A stretch of 64,000 bases of DNA. It comes from Lingula anatina. Taxonomy: Eukaryota > Animalia > Brachiopoda. Below, in pieces: positions 12,101-24,800 of the stretch (positions within the stretch are counted from its first letter, which is position 1; each line of letters opens with the position of its first letter). The position numbers and the translations under genes were made by a program. The DNA lies in contig CM120641.1 in assembly GCA_051362555.1 (NCBI GenBank), positions 46,940,401-47,004,400 of the forward strand, written 5' to 3'. The notes beneath the pieces were generated by a model. It ran no database searches, was not told where the DNA came from, and was given only the letters and a program-made list of their open reading frames with translations.

Positions 12101-15100
12101 ATACCTCAAAGAGCCGAGTACTGCCCCTTGCAATGGCCGCCGTGAGAGTGTTTGGGGTCAAGGTCAGGGCGGGAAGCTTAAGCTGAAATTCAAACTGCAC
12201 GTTGACCGTGGTGACCACGTATTCCGCACTCCTGAAGGTCAGTCCAAAGTAGCCTCGAAGGGGCTGTGCAGCTGCAAAATGACAGATATTATCTTTACTC
12301 ACAACTTAAAATTATAACTTAATGCGTAAAAACTTTAACGGTAAACGATTATCCAAAAGACTGAAATTGATTGAATTCAGACCTTTTATTGGAGACGAAA
12401 AAATGATAGGTAAAAAAGACGAGAAGAAACAACCAATGTTGGGAAAATTTGCATATACGTCATGGTTTAATTAGCATAAGGTCTACACTAAAATATGCAT
12501 ACCAGAAAATGTCAAGTCCAAGAAGATTTGTTCTCCAGACGCCAGCACATGCTGTAAGTGACATGGGAACGCTGTACATGCCTCCTCCTGTCCCGCTTGC
12601 TGTACAGCCACAATGTCCCTAGCGTAGTCCGGTATCTGAATTTGACGTAGATAACTTAAAGGTTTGCAAACTGTGGCTACATGGCACTTTACAACACAGC
12701 ATAGCTTTTAGTACCTGTACATCTAGTCATATTTATTAATTACATAATGTGGGGCAAATGATAATATACACATTATGAGTGTCTAATTGTGATGTCAACG
12801 GCAGCTTTTCCTACTTGGTTGGTTTTCCTTTTCAAACTAGGTTGGTTTACCTGCACTGTGACGTTGTGAAGTACATCGGCCCCAATGTTGGTCAGTGTGA
12901 TCCTGCTCTCAGTGGTATGTGGTGTCAAGTACCCACTGACCGTCAGTGCCCCCGGGGTGGCTCTCATGCCGTGATACGACCACTGAGTCTGGTCGGTGTC
13001 CACCGTGTCTGCTGGATGAGCGGCACCCTATATAATATATATCATATCATTTTATAATAACGGACCAAGACAAACATAACTGCCTGCTACGTACGTGTTT
13101 TACAATAGCTGCTTTTAAGGAATGTCATTACCCTCCTCGTACTATAGGCCTACCCTGTATGTGGTCGGTACTCTCAGGTTAAATGCTAATGATCCGTCCC
13201 GTACCATTTCTTATTATCATCTGATAACTACAAGCACCTTTTGCAATAAATACAATATCAGGCTTACTTACTATTAAGATGTTCAAATTGTACAAATTTT
13301 CTTGATCACTCAAGTTGATGGCAAAACACAGAGGTCTATTATTAGATTATAAAGCAGACATTTATGTGTCCTTACACTGTGTATTCAAAACAATTACTTC
13401 CTCTTATAATTAAGGTGTAAAAGGGTGGGGATATCCAATTCAAAGGAAGGGTTGTACTGTAGGCCTACAGTAACACGTACATGTTGGAACTGTGCGTATA
13501 GAAATATCAATAAAAATATGTACACTAGTAAGCCTAAGTGACCTTATTGTTTAAGTCTACTTACTGCCTGGAACAATCCTGCTTCGGAAAACAATGGATA
13601 AAACCAGACAGAAAATGTCCCATTACTTGTTGTGGAGGTTTCTAGCACACGTCGTGACCCCGTGGATTTCGATAAAACGCTAGGAAAATGAACAGGTACT
13701 GTTAACCTCACGCAGCACACAATGAACTTATTGAAACAGGAACGTCTCACGTCAATAATGACAGGCATTTTTAAACAGCTGTACTCTCTATAAATCCCAC
13801 CTAGGCCTAATATTGCTCCGTCAAAACTAATCTTAACTGATTAAGTAAGTACAAATTCTCTCTCTCCCCTTTTTAGGGATAAAAAACTTACACCACTTGA
13901 ACTGGTACAACCCCAACAGCCGCCCCATCCACAAACACCACCTTCCCTTCCAGGAAAATAGGGGTTGCCCTTGGATACGGCCCGTACGGCACGGGGTCCA
14001 GCATGGCGGAGTATGAAGGCCGCACGGTCACATTGAACTGCTTCGTGTCCGAGCCGACATCATTACTTGCAGATACACGGACAGTGTGTGGTTGCCATGA
14101 CGGTACTGGTGAGGTCCACTGGATGTACTGGGCAGCCGAGTCCAGTGTCATGCCAGACGGTGAGGATTCAAGCCTCCACTGAACCGGAGAAGAGCCCTAG
14201 ATAGAATATAAATGGATGAGTTTTTCTTATGTTAAGGCGTACGTCAGAAATAGGGAAAAGAAACACACGCACAAACACAGACACACGTACGCAAACGTTT
14301 AAAAACACAAACTAACACATGCGCACCTTACTTAATGTTTTCTGCATTTTAGAAACGCGCATGTTTATGTTTAGTGACTGTTAATAGGCCTATCTGTATA
14401 TTTTAGAGGTAGCTAAGTGTGAATAATTGTTGTATTCAAAATACTTCGAAATAATTGCCATCATTAACAATATATTTTGTCTATTCTATGATACGTAGAA
14501 AACTGGACATCGAATTGTTTCATAAAGCATGTAGTGCACACTCTCCAGTTTTGCCTCAAAACAATTTTGAACAAGATCTAAATGGCTTTAATCGTAACTC
14601 CCCCCAGTATATTGAGTTTAAAAATTCGCAACAGAACCAAAAATAATTTAAAGACATCTAACAAAAACACTGACTTCCGTAAGAGTGAGGAGGAACGCCA
14701 GTTCTTCTCCTTGTAATATGACTTTGTCCGGTATGTTTGCAATCCTGGGCACCAGTCGCAACACTCCACAGTTGTCACCCGACCACGGCCGGTGACAAAC
14801 ACACTCCCCGTACGAACATATCCCTCTCGTTGGTTGAAGCTGGCGTCCACAGGCGTCCTGCTCGCACGTGCCGTAATAAATGTAGTTGACCTGCAAGAGT
14901 TGGAGTAAACATTTAACCATACCTTTTTATCAGACCCTTACCAAAAAGTCCTATAGGATCCTATAAGATCATACATGATCCTATAGGAAATTGGCCCAGG
15001 ATCTTAAAGGAACCTATAGAAATCCAAATGGTAATCAAATGTAAAAATTACATGACGACGGTATACTTCAGCTATGAAATCACAAATGTGATTTGTCGCT

Positions 15101-18100
15101 GTCAATAAACAGTGATTGTGGTCGTCATAACAACATACCATGTCAGTGCTGTAACTGTCCCCAGCGCGTGGTCGGATAGAAACGAGAATTGTGGCTGGGG
15201 CTTGTCTTGGCGCAACACACGTCACTTCCTCTTCCGTCAACCACGTGCCGTCGACTTCAATGGAGCCAAACCTGGATACAAATATGTAAACACTTTCAAA
15301 CATTTGCACCGTACTTTTTACTACATGTACATGATAACATATTCATTACAGCCAAGGACTGCATTAACAAACTGACTTCTCAGTTAGTGATTATTTAAAA
15401 TAACTGGAACATTTTCATTTTTTTCAGTGTTAGAGAATGCTGTGACATTTGGTTATTTTTATCAGTTTTAAATGCAAGTAACATGGCATGTACTATTGGA
15501 ATAAGAAAAGATATTTATATAACTTGCTTTAACATCTTAAAACTTAGACAATGTCAGGACCAATCAAATTTTAACTTAAAAGTTAAATGCATGGGTTCTG
15601 GACAATATTTAACTAAAATTGCCACAAATTCTGATATAAACATCACCTGCAGGTGTACTCAGACGTATTGGGAAAGTTGTGTCCAAAAACATGAACCACG
15701 GTCCCGCCAACATCCGGGCCACCATTGGGAGCCAGAGAAAGAACTTTGAGCAATGGCAGACATGCCAGGCCATACAGATTGTCACTGCAGCGGTCGCACA
15801 GTTCTCCAGTAAAATTAGGGCCGTTGCATGTACACTGACCTACAATAAAAAGAGGCAGCAGTTTCCATTTGTTGATGACTTTTGCTACTTTTTTAAAACT
15901 ATATATCACGCAAGTATCGATAAAATTAGACGAAAGCAAACTTGCGCTGTATATAGAACGGAGCTTCAATTTATATCAACACATCGAGGCTTTTCGAACA
16001 TACTTTTATGGCTTTAATCTACGTCACTTAAGTATAAAATATAATTTTATAAGTAAAATTAGTCTGGCATTTTACAAGTTGGCCTATCCATGTACATATA
16101 TCCATGTCCCATACGGCTAAAGCAGAGGTCATAATAAAAACGGATAAAATCGTTTAAATATACAGTAACGCACTCTTCAGTAATTCATGTAAAGAAGGGT
16201 TGTTGGCAGTGACATGACGTACCCGTGGCCTGGTCACACACCCCGTTTACACAGTTAGGACAGGGCAGGCACTGAGGACCCCAGTGGCTAGCAGAACACT
16301 CTGAACAACTTGTCCCTTGATACTGAGGGAAGCAGCGACATCTGGTGAGGAAATGACGCAGATTACGAACAACGTAAAGGTGAAGTGTACATGGAAATAA
16401 TCCCCCTCCAGTGCGCAATCTCTCTGGTCAAGTGGGACCTCAACTAATACATAAAGAATTAACCACAGTAAACCAACATTAAAAAGCTGTTCCTTACTTA
16501 ACGTTCAGTAATAATAAACTTAATAAATGTTGCAATTAAGACGTACCAAATTACATTTTGTATCCGAACCCACCTGTTTGGTTCTACGCAGATGCCATTA
16601 TTTGAGCAGTCATTCACGTCACTACAGCTGGCGGTAACACATGCTGGCGGTAACCAGCCGTTATCACACTGACACGTGTTCGGCCCAATACAAGTGCCAC
16701 GCCCTTGACACTCAAACACCTCAGCACAGGAAAACTGGGCACAGTCCGCCCCTTTCCAGCCAACATCGCACTCACAATAGTCGAACCTTATACATAGACC
16801 GTTCCCAGAGCAGTTCTTGACGTTGTCACAGGTCGCTTCCGGAGAAGTTAAATATGGCACATAGGTCACATTGCCGAACGCCGCGTCCGTTTCCTTACTT
16901 CGAATACGGGACCTCACCTGTTCTATATCTGGACTACCCCACCAGTTGTGAGTGGCATCTAGAATTTCATCCGTGGAGTGGCTCGCCTGTAGATCGTAGG
17001 TAGACACTGGGTTTGAGAAAATGTTGTAATTGATGCCAACGCTGTTAGAGTCTGACACAATGACTGCCTCAGTCGCTCTGTTGTCTTGAAAAAAGTTGAC
17101 TTTCAACTGCCTTGCGCAGCTGGAGCCGTCGGACAGATGAAGAACTGAGTCCCCGGCGTTGTCGATAAAATCATTCCCTATGAATGAGTTGTTCCGTTGA
17201 ACACCATAAGTACTTGTTTGGATTTGAACCACCGGGCCCGATAACACGCTGTGTTTTTCAAATAAGTTGCCTTCAACGACGAGCTCCCCTCTGCAAGAAT
17301 CGTGCACTACTAACGCTGTGTTCCTGTTATTCACTACCTTATTGCTGGTAAAACTCACACGATAAACTGCACTTTCTGAATCTAAGTCGAGATATACTCC
17401 CTTATTGTTTTCTTCAAAGGTATTATTGTTTATATTGACAGGGCGATTTATACTGCTAATGGACAATCCCCAATCACTGGAATATGTTCCGGTTTGTTTA
17501 ATTACATTTCTTTCAATCTTTATCGGGTCCTCTTGGTTCCTCACGTTGATGATGATCCCACTTCTCCCAGTATTCGTTATAAAACTGTCACGAATATTTA
17601 CACCACCACCTACGTACCGTTTCTCTATGCCATAACTGTCGCTTGCATTCACGGTTGTATTGGTAATAGCCAACATTCCGTCAGCGTCACTCTCAATTCC
17701 AGAGTAGTACGTGTCGTGCACTATTGTCCCCTCTACAATTAGACCACCTTTCTCCTCCATATAGATACCTTGTCGTCCAGTGTTATTGACCGTGGAATAG
17801 CTGACCTTCACGTGGGAAGTGATGTTTTTTAGGTGCGCGGCTATCCCCATGCGACTGCAGTCTACCACGACACATGAATTCACGGTGAAGTTGTCTCTGT
17901 GGATTGTTAAGCAAGTTGTTGCTCGTTTGATAGTGATGAATGCCAGTCCCGGGTTCACAACGTCTACAAATATTATTACAAATATTAAAATCATTAAAGA
18001 TTGAGAGTTTAATTTGAGAGTAATATAGTCAAGAACACTACAAGAAAATACATGCCATTTATTCGTTAACAAAATGAAAACATTCAATAAAATTGGCGGC

Positions 18101-18793
18101 AGTTAACCTCTCAGTTTTTCATCACCCACTCACTTTACCAGCAAGGTTTTTTTTTCAAGAAGTCCTACCCAGATTTGGTTCAAAAACAATTCCATTCCAA
18201 CGGTAACTGTCTGACGTCATGACGACAGAAACGTTATTGGCGTTGTTAAGTATCAGTTGACCTGGAAATGAAGTATTGAGTAGATAAAGTAGAAGAAGAA
18301 AAAAACCATAATACTGACATTGAAGGGTGGTGATATGCACTTAAAATGAAATACTACAAAAATCAGTTTACTTCTGTCAGTTAACATGATTTGAACGTGT
18401 CTAAGATGCGATATTGAGTTAGATATTCTAGTGTCTTAGAAGTGACGATGTTGTAGTTGTGCTAGCTGTAATGTTACCATAAACTGTGCATTGCATACAT
18501 CAATATATTCAGTTGAAGTTGAGAGTGAAACAGATGTGCAAAGATTCTATTCATAATGTGGTGACGCATTGGGCGAGACATTTTGTCTTCTTTATTTTTC
18601 ATCGATCGAATTGTCACAGATGATATCTAAAGGTTTTGTCTCTCCCCCCAAAAATTGTCAATTTAAAGCATTGATTTAAGAAACATGCAAAATTAAGATT
18701 TACTCTAACCTGCTATAATCAACCCTCTTCCTGGCTTAAATGACAAAACAAGTCCTCCTGCTCCCACCGTCACTGATAGTATCCCGTTTGTCC

Positions 18794-18829
<36 letters not shown>

Positions 18830-21800
18830 TAAAATTAATAATGATAAAATTAATAATGATAAATCATTCCTTGTGATGGTTATACAGTTAAAGTACAGTG
18901 GTATAAATAAAAATTAATTTGATCTGTCGTGTCGCCCTTAGACGGCACCATCTTTAATGAAGTTTGTCCTGTTTGATAATTACAGAATACTGAACGTTAA
19001 ATATTGATAAATGCACAAAGTATAAAACATGGATGAAAGTATTGGAATATATCAGCGTTACCTTTTTTCTCCACTTTAATTTGCCAAAATGAATCATATT
19101 CAAATCATACAACTGGCGTGCCATAATAAAGAGGGTGCAGGATAAATAAACTTTCTTGCACTTCACTCATTAACGTATTTCATTAACCAGAACAAATACT
19201 TAAAGGGATAATAACTCTTCGTGTGAGATCTATATTTCACAATAAAAACATTGTGAATAACTCATAGAAATATAATATATTCTGTTTTACCACAAAAATG
19301 GCAGTTATAGCTTTTTTCTGATATCTGAGCTTGTCTTTAGACCACGTGACCTCCACTGATGGATATACTCTGTTAAAATCTCTTAAGAGATTTTCACAAA
19401 AAACCAAACTTTTTAGAAAAAAACCAGGGACTAACTTTGAATGTAAAAATGGATTCATTAACCATTGGTAAGTATGGGAAAATTATTGTTTACTCCAGGA
19501 AAATTCATTTTTTGGCCGAAACGAAGAGTTATTATCCCTTTAAGTCAAGCTCTTAGTAAAAATGGCACGTGCGTAAAAGCATATTTGGGACCCAAATCCA
19601 GGTTTTGAATCCTGTTCCAGCGATAATTACCTGATTACAATACTTCTTTCTATAACGACATGCCCCTCCAAGGCACCGGTATCCAGGAGGGCGTCGACGT
19701 CACCGCCGGCGTCCATGACGTCACCGAAAGTCCAGTTGTCTGGTTTGTGGACGGGTGGTTGGCTCAGGTCTGCGTTTAAATGCATAGGCCACAGTTTAAC
19801 ATCAAAAAGGTCAGTGTTGTCAAATATATTACATATTCTGGAAAAAGAAAAAAAGGTAATGGTGTTGTCATAAAAATACCCATACCAAACTGGGCGATCT
19901 CCACCCTCAAAAAATCCATCCATGCTTTGGTTATCAAATATGCAAGTTTCTGGGGACTTTTTATATTCATATTTAGAAAGTCTTTACAGTAAAGTAATAA
20001 AATCTAAACAATAGCACAGTCTACTCACCATGCCACTAAGGCATTGATTCTAGTAATACAAGATTAAAAAAAGATTTAAATTTTAGTACTTAAAGGATAT
20101 GTGGGGTTTTCTTTTCTGTAATGCAGTAAACAATAAGAACCGCTGTTTACCATACTGCCAACAATACAATGATATTTTCATGAAATCTATAGTGAAAATG
20201 GGTGCGCAAAGTTCTGACGAAAGGTAACGATATTATAGTACTCTGTTCACCTCTTCCTCACCTGGTGTATACCTCCTTAGTGTCGTTAACTCCCCAATAA
20301 TTTCCAGAGGCATCAATATAAACCAGCGGCTTATACGAGGGTACTTTCAATTCACACATGGCGGACGGGTTGTTGAAACTATTTCCACGAATGGTGACAT
20401 CGTACAGGCTCTCCATGTAGACGGTATACAGGTCGTTAAATCGGCTTCGTGGACTACGGGTCATGTTGAAAAATGTGTTGTTGATAATAGATATTGAACC
20501 TGGATTGACCTCACCGTAACAGTATCTACACCAAAGGTAGATGGAATATTCATACGTGTTGTTCACCATTGTATTGCCAGTTACCTAAAACACAAAGGCA
20601 TTACAGGTAGGTACATATATTTCCAATAATTTGTATACTAATGGGGATATGTACGAACTTCACATCTTACACATATCAGTTGTTTCGATATTGTGATTGC
20701 CATCTCTCCCTATGTTATCAATTATTTTGTAAAAAAAGGGAATTCCACCATAAACATTGAAAAAATAAACCGTAAAAGTCGTTAACATCGTGGACGATGC
20801 AAAGTACGCGGAAAACAGCGCAAGTTTTCAATAATCATTACAGGTAAACTGGTATACTTGTAGACTGTAAACCTATGACAATGAAGATACAATTACACAG
20901 TGGACATACTCACGCTATAGATTCCCGGGGTTCCCTCACTGTCGAAAGAGTCAAACTGCACGTCCACAATACCATAATCATTAAAGTAGTAGCTACCTGG
21001 AGTCTCAGGTTGGGCCCTATTCTCTGCAAATATGTTCCTTGCTATAGAAAATGCTGGCATTGAGTTCCTCTGCACAACGACATTGATAATTTTTTCTGTA
21101 TTTCTCCTGAAGACATTGTCCTCAATTATGAATCTTTCAATTGGAGTCATCGTCCCATCCGCTGCCACCAATCTGATTCCCCCACCGTTATTTTGAACGA
21201 ACTCCGAGTTAACAATCTCCAAGCCTAGTACGCTTTCTCCATAGACCGCTTGCCCGCCACTGTCCGTTACTCGAACACTACGCAGACTTACGTCTGTCCG
21301 TAATATATTAATAGCATGATTAGTGTTATTAACGAAGGTGCAGTTTGTTACCAATATCTTGTTGTTGAGCTTAGGATCGGAAACACCGGTGACTGAGAGA
21401 CCATGACCTTGGTTAGATGAAATGATACACTGAGAAATGTCGACATCCTCCGGAATGTACCCAGAGAGTGTGAGACCATTCTCAGAGCTGTGGATAATTT
21501 GGAAGTTGTTTAACAGGGGTGGTGTACCCTGTACAGTTATACCACGCAGTGAATGGGCCACCACGACATGCTCTATGGAGGAACGTTGGGGGTCTGAAAT
21601 AAAAAGAGAGGAGTATTTACGAAATCACCCTTGGAACTAAATCTGTATTAATTACTTTCTTAAAAAGAATAAAGAATACACTGTTCCCTATATAATTTCC
21701 TTAAAATCTGTTTAAGATTCACTTGAAATATTTTTTACATTGCAGTTATGCGGTCACTCGGGTTGTCTTAAATATGCCTGAAAGAGCCAGCAGATGAAAT

Positions 21801-24800
21801 CATGAAGGATTTCTATGTTAAATGTGCGAGGTTCAAATAACTTCCCTTCTCCAAAATTGTATTGTTTCACTTTATTAAATATACATGTGCATGCTTTCTA
21901 GAATACATCCCTTGAAAACAGGCCCATAACCTGGTTTTAAAAGGCTTTACATCAACTAACACGTGTCCCGACTCTCTTTGGGAAAAATCCCACCCTGTTC
22001 GTATAACATAAGTATAACATAAGCATAACATTAGTAAAACATTGACTATTGTCCTCAAGCTGCGATTAGCCAATAAAAGTGGAATGTTTTGGATTTGGAG
22101 GTCTGTTAAAATGCCATATGTATCTATTGACATCGAGCATGTGAAGCGCAGTAAAGTAAAATAGCGCCTGGCTTGACAAACTGTACATCAGAGATATAAA
22201 ATTGTATATTACCTAGGTGTGAAGGACACACTGTCTGTGACATCACTGGGGAACGTAAAGTGTCATTACTCACCCTCCGTCGAGCCTGGAGCACAAACAA
22301 CACCAGCTATATTTCTATCCCTGCAGGGTGCGGTAGACCTACACGCGCTATAGCAGTCTGGGTCATCTCCACAGTGATAACAGTCCTGGGGGGGTCCATC
22401 GTACTTGTCTCCAAAATTTCCCCCACTCCTCTCACACAAATACGAGTAACATCTGGCAAGACATGCCGGGTCCCCGTTGCAGTAGCGGCAATCTTCTTCA
22501 ATATAGCTGTCATCAGGAGTGCAAGCATCACAAGACTGTAGGTAACGCTCGTTTCCTCGGCAGTATCTGATGAGAACGTGATATCGGTCAGGTTCTCCAC
22601 GACCAAAGCTGAAATTGTCAGAATTGTGCAGTGTGATACTGATTTAATAAAGCATTACTCAATGAGTAATTGACACCTGAGGTACTGGCGTTGTTTCATA
22701 ACCAAAATCAATAAGCAGTCGTGGGATTTGTGATGTACGTGGTCCTGTTTTTGCTTTAATCTTAATACGCCGTGTCCTATTTCCCGTGTGTAATCTTCTC
22801 CATATGTTCTCTTTGATAAAATGAACACCCGTGTAGAACATATACAACTTATACAAAAACAACAAATAAACACAATCAATTGTGATTTCCATCGTTTTGG
22901 AAAATCACGTTTCTTACCGTGCAACCGTATCGTTCACAACTTCAACTGCTTCCCCAAAACCTAGTTGTTTGCAGACAACATTGGCGGCTGCCATGGTCCA
23001 CCAACGAGAACTGCACACAGAATGCCACGTGTCATTGTAGTACACTTCAATCCTTCCCTCCAACGAACTACTGCCATTTACGAGTCGAAGATTAGGATCT
23101 GCATTGATACATGTGTCATATGATGGCATGGTGTGACGACAGTGATATATACATATATAGCGCCCATATGCTAAATATACATGTAAAGTTATGTGTCAAA
23201 TGTACGCATATTACTCTTGACATAATACCCAAATACAGCACACACATTCAGAACTGACAGCAAATTCGAAAATAATAACTGTACATTTAAGTACATGTAA
23301 AATTATGAAAAAGTGTGCTAAGCGTACTAACTTACCGGTAGCTCTTTCTTTTTTTGTGGAATGTTTATTATCAAAAAATAACATGTTTGTTATAAGAGTA
23401 TCTTGCGAGGTTTCATAAACTCACTTGATAAATAAGTCGAAAGGTTAGTGCGACATAATTTATGTTACTTCACTTATCTAAAACTAAAATGTACAGTGAC
23501 AGCATACAAAATGATGAAACAAATACATGATGCAGTGAAAATTATTTTAGATTACTAGCTCCAAATGATTCATCAAGGCAACCTCGTATTCCTGTTTAGC
23601 TTTTTTTTTCTACAAAGCCAACTGTTGCTGTACGCTGACCTGGGAGGAACTGTTTAAACGTCACTCCTCGCCACACCTGTCCCTCTACACCTTCCATAGT
23701 TATAACAGCGTCTGGTGTTCCCACCGACACCAGTTGACCTGAAACGCGATAAAGTTAGTTATATTACAACCATAAAATTATATGAAGTATGTACGTGCAT
23801 ACATCTCAAAATCAATTCTATCAAGTTTGGGGGAATGGTCCAGCTCATCGCACAATTTAATCGTTTTTTGAGAATATGCGCCATAAAGCATATACAGTAT
23901 GTACTACATGATGGAAATTGGAGAAACGAGAAAGAATTTAACATACAGAAAGAACTTGTTCTTACCATTTCAAATCGAAAACCGTCATTTTAAATTGAAA
24001 AGTTATAAGGATATAAAAAGTGAGTAAACACAGCTTGTAACCTTCAACGTCCATTCCAATCCCAGGGTGAAAACGAAGCGTTGTCCCTGGATCGATAGTT
24101 AGAACGGCATCTTCTGGGACCAGTATATCACGAACAACTTCATATGGATTTTCACTGAAATTAATTTTCATTGCCCCAATCACAGTCCCTCCAATTCTGT
24201 TGTCCCCCAGAAAGAACGGCGGTTCCAGATCACTAACTGCTGACAAATTGCGTGCTGTGAGATACGGTTGGAATTGAACCTGCCCCACACCAGTGTCATC
24301 GTTGTAATCATAGATACGCTCCACCACGTGTGAGAAGTCGTTGTCACCCCACCAGTTGTACTTCGCATTGATAGGAATACTCTCTGGGCTGTACGCAAAT
24401 GAAACCCCAAGGTCGTTAGGAGAGTTAGGATTGTCAAAAAAGTTTTCTGTTATATTGGTGCTGGGAGAGAGAAGGTGTACGATGTAGTCGGTGGCGGTAT
24501 TATTACGGAATGTGTTTCTAGTGACATATATATCTCGAGTATCAAGGTCCCTGGCGTCCAAAATAATGAGAGATAACCCAGCCTCTGCGTCAGCGAATAT
24601 ATTATCGGTAATCTCGAATAATCTCGAAGATACGTGACAACATGTTGCTGTGAGGAGAATGGCGGATGCACAGTTTTCAAAGGTGTTGCCTTGTATAGAT
24701 GCAGCCGGAAGGCTTTTCGTATTCCAGGATAAGGACGTCCCTCGAGGAGTTGAGAAGAAATTATCACGAACATCGTAAATGGGATTACTTGCGTAGTCTG

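Noticed and set aside
3420-12271. Bacterial contamination as the source of the bacterial-like motifs
   Set aside because: The block is split by 16 canonical GT-AG introns and is in phase with animal EGF and cadherin exons.
14935-15025. Degenerate 10-bp CCTATAGGAT repeats after CCCTTACCAAAAA, a possible transposon end
   Set aside because: No matching opposite terminus or target duplication was found.
22307-22606. 99-aa ORF with a hydrophobic stretch (possible TM)
   Set aside because: Wrong frame; the overlapping frame completes the SRCR domain and splices in phase.
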